Positions 58,098 to 64,000 of a DNA stretch of 64,000 bases are shown piece after piece. Position 1 is the stretch's first letter, and each line of letters starts with the position of its first letter. A model generated the notes under the pieces. That model worked only from the letters and a program-made list of their open reading frames with translations, was not told the origin of the DNA and ran no database searches. The position numbers and the translations under genes are program-made. Origin of the DNA: an uncultured Anaerolineaceae bacterium (GTDB lineage: Bacteria > Chloroflexota > Anaerolineae > Anaerolineales > Villigracilaceae); assembly GCA_964581545.1 (NCBI GenBank), contig CAZOOX010000001.1, positions 440 through 64,439 on the forward strand, read 5' to 3'.

Positions 58098-60979
58098 TTT
58101 TCTTCCTCCAAAATCTCAATTGCTCCACTACTGCCATCCACTCTCACCAGCATCCCTGTTTCCAGCCTTGTTGTTGCCTCGTGTACTCCGACCACAGCCG
58201 GGATGCCGTATTCCCTTGCCACGACCGAGCCGTGTGTCATCATCCCGCCGACCTCCATGACCAGTCCGCCCGCCGCCAGAAAGAGCGGCGTCCACGCGGG
58301 GTCGGTGCCGGGACAGACGAGAATTTCGCCCACATGTAACTTTGTCTCATGCGGGTTCAGAACGATACGCACTCTCCCCTCGACCGTACCGGGGGAAACA
58401 GGATCGCCGAAGATGCCATCGGCGTTACTCACGTTGTTCGCAGCACGCATCCCCTCGAAGAAGGCTCGCCCATCGCTTAGCAGCACACGCGGCAATTGCT
58501 TACGACGCATCTCGCGTGCCCACGTCTCTCTCCGCGCGGCGATCGTCTCTCGAATTTCTTCAGGGATGTGCTTACTTCCAGCGATTTGCTCCAACTCCTG
58601 AATTTTCAGGAAGAAGAGATCGTCCTCCTTTTCGAGCAGTTCCATCTCAACGAATTTCGCTCCGCTTCTGCGCAAGCCTTGATGGATGATGCCCATCATC
58701 TGGATGGCGAAGAACTTGGGCGCTTCACGTAAACCTGCCAGGGCGCGATATCGGCGGACCGCCCATCGAACCAGACGTGATTTGAGCTTGCCACCCTTTA
58801 ATTGGCGGACTTTGCTCTCCAGACGTTTTGTTGCCATATCCGCTGCCCGAGCGCCCTTCTCGAAAACGACATCCGGTGCCAAATCGGGATCGGTGATGCT
58901 GAGATAGCTTTGCAGGGTTTGGATGATGTGCAGTGGCTCATCCCGCCAGCGTGGACGACCGATATCGATCTCGCCGAGACCGCGCATCCCATAACGGGAC
59001 ATAAAATCGGTTACGGCTTGCTGGGCGATGCTGGGGAGGGTATCCTGCTCGTAGACGGTAGCAAGTTGAAACGCGTCCGACTCGGCGAAGCGTTCCGCTG
59101 AAGCCTTATCCGCTCTAATTTTTTGCGCCGTCTCCCAGAGGAACAAATCCATTTCTGTGGTGACGTTGTTGGGCAGACCGCGCGAAATTTCGAGATAAAG
59201 CTGCGGCTCGCCGACTGCTTTGCTGAAGCGTTGCAGGATACCGAAGAAGGGCGCCATGCTGGCGACGATGGCGCTGACGCCTTGTGGAACGATCATATAG
59301 GGGAAAATGTAGCGGGCTTCGCGCCAGAGGGTGAGGGTGGTTTGGAGGTCACGCCAGATGTCACCGCTGGGCTGGCTGCGTGTGATGGTTTTAGTGACGG
59401 TCTCCTCGACGATATGGAAGAAGCGCCCGGCGCCTTTTTCGGGAGCGCGCCAGTAATGGAATACGCGCCCCCAGAAAGGAATGACGAATTTGAGGAGATT
59501 GACGACCGTGCGCAATTTTGGGCGTTGGTGGATAGGGGCAAAGGCTTTTTCATTGAAAAGGGTCTCGAAAATCTGCCCGACGGCGGGGTCGATGGATTTG
59601 ATCGCGGTGGCGTAGCCTTTGTGACCGATGGGGTGTTTGATGATCGAAGTGACGTCGATCCAGAGGCGCCCACCGGCTTCATGAAGAAAATTTTGTGTTT
59701 CGTAGGTCAGATCTTTGCCGAAAACAAGCGCGCCGCCCGAAAGGACGTGCTGCATGGTTTGTACGCCAAGTGGGGTAAGTGGTTCGAGAATCCCCTGCAC
59801 GACGTGAAAGCCGATCATGGCTTTGGTTGGGGATGTAGGGAGGTTGACTGGGATGGGGAAAAGGGATGTGATCGGGCGGGATTGGAGGATGTAGAGTTTG
59901 CCCCCCTCTGTCCTATCGGACATCTCCCCCCGAGGGGGGGAGAACTTGCTCCTTTCCCCGCCGCTTTCACTTACAGGGGAAGGCTGGGATGGGGGTAGAT
60001 ATGCCCACTCAATATCTTGGGGGAAGTTGTATTCTTTTTGGATTTGCTGACCGATCTCGGCGAGTTGCAGGATGACTTCGTCGGGGAGCGCCTGGGTATT
60101 GGCTTGGTCGGTGATCTTGGTCGTGGTGCCGCCATTGGGCTGGCTGCGGATTACAGTCGCTTTTGCGCCGAGGGTTTTGGTCCTAATTGAGAAGTGCATT
60201 GCACCTTCAAGGTGCGTTGCACTTCGGGTTGATATCGCAGGCTCCGACTGCAACGCACTCTTCGAGTGCAATGCAGTCTGGATGATGTAATTATCCGGTT
60301 CAACCTGCCCACTGACGAGGGCTTCGCCGAGGCCGAAGGTGGCATCTATAACAATTTCATCTCTTTTGCCCGTGAGCGGATTGGAAGTGAACATCACGCC
60401 TGAAACGTCGGCTTCGACCATCTTCTGCACGACGACGGAGAGACTGACATCTTCGTGCGGAATTTCGTTGCGGGCACGGTATCCGATGGCTCTCGCTGTC
60501 CAGAGGCTGCTCCAGCAAGCGACGACGGCATCCGTGAGGGCGTCCGCGCCGATGACGTTCAGGAAGGTGTCTTGTTGCCCTGCAAAGGACATGTCGGGGA
60601 GGTCTTCAGCTGTTGCCGATGAACGGACGGCGACGGGCGGGGCGCCGATCCAGCCGTAGGCGATGAAGAGGACATCGCCAAAAGCTTTTGAAACGGGAGC
60701 AAGCCCAAACTGAGAGCGTATCCGTTGGGATGCTTCTTCGAGGGCAGTCGGATCGTTGACGTCGAGATGCTCAAGAGCAGCGCGGATGGTCGTATCCAAC
60801 CCATTTTCTTCCACAAATTGACGATAAGACTCGGTGGGGATCAGAAAGCCGTTCGGGACGTTAAAACCCGCACGAGCCAGACGGGCGAGATTTGCCCCCT
60901 TCCCGCCGACTGTTTCTAGCGTGGCGTGCGATGAGTTGAGAGGAAGAAAAGGTTTGGGGAGAGATGCAGGAGTGACCAT
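58094..60979 (-). CDS. PEP-utilising enzyme with N-terminal PPDK_N ATP-grasp and extreme C-terminal swivel-His domain (rifampicin-phosphotransferase-like architecture)
   Basis: N-terminus GGKGANLARL..G..VP.GF. ..QDIEWA..KLYILQSRPIT. C-terminus GGMMTHGSVVAREYGIPAVVG. Confidence 0.75.
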   Translation of the reverse strand: MVTPASLPKPFLPLNSSHATLETVGGKGANLARLARAGFNVPNGFLIPTESYRQFVEENGLDTTIRAALEHLDVNDPTALEEASQRIRSQFGLAPVSKAFGDVLFIAYGWIGAPPVAVRSSATAEDLPDMSFAGQQDTFLNVIGADALTDAVVACWSSLWTARAIGYRARNEIPHEDVSLSVVVQKMVEADVSGVMFTSNPLTGKRDEIVIDATFGLGEALVSGQVEPDNYIIQTALHSKSALQSEPAISTRSATHLEGAMHFSIRTKTLGAKATVIRSQPNGGTTTKITDQANTQALPDEVILQLAEIGQQIQKEYNFPQDIEWAYLPPSQPSPVSESGGERSKFSPPRGEMSDRTEGGKLYILQSRPITSLFPIPVNLPTSPTKAMIGFHVVQGILEPLTPLGVQTMQHVLSGGALVFGKDLTYETQNFLHEAGGRLWIDVTSIIKHPIGHKGYATAIKSIDPAVGQIFETLFNEKAFAPIHQRPKLRTVVNLLKFVIPFWGRVFHYWRAPEKGAGRFFHIVEETVTKTITRSQPSGDIWRDLQTTLTLWREARYIFPYMIVPQGVSAIVASMAPFFGILQRFSKAVGEPQLYLEISRGLPNNVTTEMDLFLWETAQKIRADKASAERFAESDAFQLATVYEQDTLPSIAQQAVTDFMSRYGMRGLGEIDIGRPRWRDEPLHIIQTLQSYLSITDPDLAPDVVFEKGARAADMATKRLESKVRQLKGGKLKSRLVRWAVRRYRALAGLREAPKFFAIQMMGIIHQGLRRSGAKFVEMELLEKEDDLFFLKIQELEQIAGSKHIPEEIRETIAARRETWAREMRRKQLPRVLLSDGRAFFEGMRAANNVSNADGIFGDPVSPGTVEGRVRIVLNPHETKLHVGEILVCPGTDPAWTPLFLAAGGLVMEVGGMMTHGSVVAREYGIPAVVGVHEATTRLETGMLVRVDGSSGAIEILEEEK
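59897..59998 (-). repeat. in-frame G/C-hairpin repeat module inside the PEP-utilising enzyme gene, related to the right half of the MITE at 20829-21071
   Basis: The reverse complement of 59897-59929 (GGGGAGATGTCCGATAGGACAGAGGGGGGCAAA) matches 20997-21028 (GGGGAGATGCCCGATAGGGCAGAGGGGGCAAA) with 2 substitutions and 1 indel. The adjacent hairpin TCTCCCCCC-CTC-GGGGGGAGA parallels TCTCCCC..GGGGAGA in the MITE. Confidence 0.75.
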
Positions 60980-61029
60980 ATTTTTTACCAGTGATGAACG
61001 AGGATGAACAGAGATATTTTAAACACTAA

Positions 61030-61092
61030 GGGCACGAAGAGTCTCAAAGAAAAAAGCTTAAAAACTTTGTGCCCCTTTGTGTCCGTTGTGTT
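61030..61092. repeat. imperfect hairpin plus CTTTGTG-type short repeats between rtcB and the PEP-enzyme gene
   Basis: GGGCACGAAG ... CTTTGTGCCC, then CTTTGTGTCCGTTGTGTT. Confidence 0.45.
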
Positions 61093-61096
61093 TATC

Positions 61097-62548
61097 CTAA
61101 CCCTTGATAACGGCTAGCGGCTTTAGACGCGCAACCTTTCGCGCTATGGCGGCTTCGGAGACGGTCTCCACCACAGCGTTGACATCTTTGTAGGCGTCGG
61201 GGGCTTCTTCGGCGAGACCGCGCATCGAGCCAGCACGGATGTGGATGCCGCGATCGCCCAGTTCATGGCGGAGCATATCGCCGCGGAACTGCTTTTTTGC
61301 CTTCGAGCGGGACATCATCCGTCCCGCGCCGTGGCAGGATGAGCCAAAAGAGCGTGTCATGCTATCTTCGGTGCCAACCAGTACCCACGAGGATGTGCCC
61401 ATGCTGCCGGGGACGAGCACCGGTTGACCGATCTTTTGATATTCGGGCGGCAAACCGGGCGCACCGGGACCAAAGGCTCGTGTCGCTCCCTTGCGGTGGA
61501 CGCAGACCTTGACGCGCCTGCCCTGAATTTCATGCACTTCGATCTTGCCCATATTATGCGTGATGTCGTAGACCTGATGCAGATGCCAGTTTTTGGTCTT
61601 CCCGGCGAAGATCTCTTCAAAAGCACGACGGGTGGCATGTGCGAGAAGCTGCCGATTGACAAAGGCAAAATTGGCAGCACAACGCATTGCGCCGAGATAA
61701 GCTGCGCCTTCGGGCGAATCCATGGGCGCACAGACCAACTCACGATCGGGAAGCTGAATATTATAGCGATGTACCGCTCCCTGGAACTTGCGCACATAGT
61801 CGGTGCAGACCTGGTGTCCCAGCCCGCGTGAGCCGGTGTGGATTTGCACCGCGATGTGTCCTTTTTTCAATCCCATGATGGATGCAGCTTCCTCATCGAA
61901 GATATCCTGCACTACGTCCACTTCGATAAAGTGATTGCCCGCGCCCAATGACCCAAGCTGGGTTTTCCCACGTTTCTTCGCCCGGTCGCTGACCTTGCGC
62001 GGGTCTGCGCCCTTGAAGGTGCCGCTATCCTCGGTGCGCGCCAGGTCGGCTTCGGTGGCGTAACCGTTTCTCAGCGCCCATTTTGCGCCATCCTTCAACA
62101 CCTGATCCAGTTCGGGGACTGCGACCTTCACGATCCCGTCCTTCCCCACGCCGCTGGGACAGTATTGGTTCAGCCGCATCGAGAGCATTTCCAAATGCGG
62201 TTTTGCATCCTTCGCTTCGATCTGCGAGCCAAGCAAGCGCACCCCACAATTGATATCGTAGCCGATCGCTCCGGGCGAGATCACGCCCTGTGGAAACTCC
62301 GTCGCTGCCACGCCCCCAATCGGGAACCCGTAACCCTGGTGCATGTCGGGCATCACCGTCACCGCGCCGACCAGGCCGGGCAGCGTGGTCGCGTTCACCG
62401 CCTGCTCCAGCGATTTATCGGTCAGCACCTGGTCAAGCAGTTCACGGGTAGCAAATATCCGCACAGGTCCCCGCATATCGCTGCGATAGGATTGTGGGAT
62501 CTCCCACTCCGTTTCGCTGATCTGGGTTAAATCATTCAGGGTAATCAT
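61097..62548 (-). CDS. rtcB: RNA-splicing ligase RtcB
   Basis: 483 aa. [51 protein letters not shown]. Confidence 0.95.
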   Translation of the reverse strand: MITLNDLTQISETEWEIPQSYRSDMRGPVRIFATRELLDQVLTDKSLEQAVNATTLPGLVGAVTVMPDMHQGYGFPIGGVAATEFPQGVISPGAIGYDINCGVRLLGSQIEAKDAKPHLEMLSMRLNQYCPSGVGKDGIVKVAVPELDQVLKDGAKWALRNGYATEADLARTEDSGTFKGADPRKVSDRAKKRGKTQLGSLGAGNHFIEVDVVQDIFDEEAASIMGLKKGHIAVQIHTGSRGLGHQVCTDYVRKFQGAVHRYNIQLPDRELVCAPMDSPEGAAYLGAMRCAANFAFVNRQLLAHATRRAFEEIFAGKTKNWHLHQVYDITHNMGKIEVHEIQGRRVKVCVHRKGATRAFGPGAPGLPPEYQKIGQPVLVPGSMGTSSWVLVGTEDSMTRSFGSSCHGAGRMMSRSKAKKQFRGDMLRHELGDRGIHIRAGSMRGLAEEAPDAYKDVNAVVETVSEAAIARKVARLKPLAVIKG

Positions 62549-62635
62549 AAGTTCTCCTTTAGGAGAGAGAATAGAGATTAGAGAAAAGAGAGTCGTGAGA
62601 GCAAAAACTACTCTCTACTCCCTGCTCTCTCCTCT

Positions 62636-63037
62636 CTAAACATCGAAGACGATTTCCACTTCCAGCCCGCGCTCGCTCTCACGGATCTCGAGATTATGAA
62701 AAGTGACCGCCTTGATCTCTTTCTCCTGCGAACGCAAGGCTCCCCCTTCCATTATGCCTGATATTTTTGTGCTTTCAACTGTTAACCCCGAAAAATCGTC
62801 AAAAATAAGCCCCTCAAATTCGGACAGATAGAGTAGTTCCTCCAAAAATGCGACCAGGAGACTCTCGGCATCGTACACTTCGAGGGATAACTCCCGCCTC
62901 ACGCGTGGACCTTCACCTGCTTCCGCGTTGGCAAGCGCATACATCCCCCGAGCGGACTCTGCCAACAGCCCCAACAAGTCATCAGCCCATACACGGATGG
63001 ACCAATCCGCAGTGTGTGAAATTTCTTCAAAAGGCAT
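62636..63037 (-). CDS. archease (RtcB activator)
   Basis: MPFEEISHTADWSIRVWA.. start and ..KAVTFHNLEI.. C-terminus are typical of archease. GGAGA lies upstream of the ATG at 63037. Confidence 0.85.
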   Translation of the reverse strand: MPFEEISHTADWSIRVWADDLLGLLAESARGMYALANAEAGEGPRVRRELSLEVYDAESLLVAFLEELLYLSEFEGLIFDDFSGLTVESTKISGIMEGGALRSQEKEIKAVTFHNLEIRESERGLEVEIVFDV

Positions 63038-63052
63038 ATTTTTCTCCAAAAC

Positions 63053-63137
63053 CAACCGCCAAGACGCAGAGTGCGCAGAGCTTTTCTTAAGGTCGCCAAG
63101 ACTTTAAGACCTTGGCGTTCTTCGCGTCTTCGCGGTT
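63053..63137. repeat. long imperfect palindrome upstream of archease
   Basis: AACCGCCAAGACGC ... GCGTCTTCGCGGTT enclosing CGCCAAG-ACTTTAAGAC-CTTGGCG. Confidence 0.5.
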
Positions 63138-63276
63138 TAACTCCTTTCTACCATCTCTCCTATGTGGGTGAGCATTTGGTTTGTGGTTATAGAGATATTG
63201 TAATGGAAGATTCTTCTTGTTGAGATTCGGTGCATTTATACCCGAAAATAATTTGGGTTTATTAGATATTTCACAT

Positions 63277-63636
63277 CTAGCTTGCATAGTTGAGAAGTGT
63301 TTCAGCAAGCATGATCACCGTCCCGATAATCCCTGCTATGCCTCCTGCTTTTGCGCAGATGCGTACATCTCGAGATTGGCCAGCCTGAAAAAAGCGATTT
63401 GAAACCCAGCCAACGGATGCCCCAATCAAGACGCTGACAAGGGGACCCGAAAGGATATTGATGATAACCAGCACGGGGGTGGGGAAGATAGGCATAAGAA
63501 ACTCAAAAACATGATCCAGCAAAAAATAAGGGATATAACCTACCACGCTGATGGTAAAACCAGCAACCACACTTATCATGGCTGCTACGATTGTTATAGT
63601 CGTTCCAATAATACTTGATTCTTTGTTACTGCTCAT
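63277..63636 (-). CDS. small integral membrane protein (119 aa)
   Basis: Three or four hydrophobic segments, with an RBS-like GGAAAC upstream. Confidence 0.55.
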   Translation of the reverse strand: MSSNKESSIIGTTITIVAAMISVVAGFTISVVGYIPYFLLDHVFEFLMPIFPTPVLVIINILSGPLVSVLIGASVGWVSNRFFQAGQSRDVRICAKAGGIAGIIGTVIMLAETLLNYAS

Positions 63637-63716
63637 TTGATCGTTTCCTTATAGATTTTAGCTCTCTATACCCGAGAGTGACTTGTGTTACTTTCCGTTG
63701 GAACATATTTTAACCG

Positions 63717-64000
63717 CTATCTGGCCTTGGCAAATTTCATCATTTCGCGTAATTCTTCGCGAGTGCCGAGTACGATCAGTACCCCGCCAGGTTGAAGGAT
63801 GGTTTCAGGTCCAACGCGGGTATCAAAATCCCCTTCTTCGGTTCGACAAGCCAAGACCGTGATGCCAAGCTGATCTCGGATTTGTGTTTCTGCAACCGTT
63901 TTTCCGGCAAACTCAGAACCGGATTCGATGTGCACTTCTTCTAGTAACATTTCCAACCCGCCGACGTGAACAACGCCGTCAAGGAAATCCGCCACGCTGG
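63717..64000 (-). CDS. TrkA-C / RCK C-terminal domain protein, 5' end outside the window
   Basis: ..SEFAGKTVAETQIRDQLGITVLACRTEEG..ILQPGGVLIVLGTREEL. The reading frame is open to the window edge. Confidence 0.7.
   Translation of the reverse strand, partial: SVADFLDGVVHVGGLEMLLEEVHIESGSEFAGKTVAETQIRDQLGITVLACRTEEGDFDTRVGPETILQPGGVLIVLGTREELREMMKFAKAR

Noticed and set aside
59123-59998. 291-aa plus-strand ORF, and other ORFs longer than 100 aa antisense to the PEP-utilising enzyme gene.
   Set aside because: It is antisense to a 961-aa gene with clear domain motifs. Gly/Asp/Ala-rich products like this are typical of the opposite strand of GC-richer genes.

Overview
A gene-dense 64 kb bacterial chromosomal segment, about 64 CDS on both strands plus one tRNA-Val. 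Protein sequences and gene content look Chloroflexota/Anaerolineae-like, but that is inference only. No rRNA, CRISPR array, transposase or integrase ORF was seen.

Most of the window is housekeeping and central metabolism:
- rpsU-infA
- pyruvate:ferredoxin oxidoreductase
- citrate synthase and malate dehydrogenase
- two thioredoxin-reductase paralogs, groES, holA, mutY, ogt, ilvE
- a PiT phosphate transporter
- a CUT2/BMP-type ABC importer and an Aap-like amino-acid ABC importer
- rtcB-archease
- a rifampicin-phosphotransferase-like PEP-utilising enzyme

Two visibly AT-richer accessory patches stand out:
- 34.7-38.85 kb: an array of two orphan RHS-tip toxin/immunity cassettes bracketed by three copies of a 26-28 bp direct repeat. 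There is no RHS shell gene in the window.
- 46.0-49.2 kb: a tightly packed four-gene cluster. It encodes a transglutaminase-like lipoprotein, a GNAT, a PD-(D/E)xK-like protein and an unknown 306-aa protein.

The window is also rich in small structured repeats:
- A 141-bp double-hairpin element in three copies. Two copies supply the C-terminal codons and stop of ORFs, and one sits in the nifJ leader.
- A MITE with 14-bp TIRs and a 9-bp target duplication.
- MITE-related G/C-hairpin modules inserted in frame into the PEP-utilising enzyme and probably mutY.
- Several long imperfect palindromes in intergenic regions.

Candidate RNAs are a roughly 300-nt structured RNA with its own terminator (21.75-22.1 kb), a terminator-containing leader in front of rpsU, and a terminated transcript upstream of the prephenate-dehydrogenase gene.
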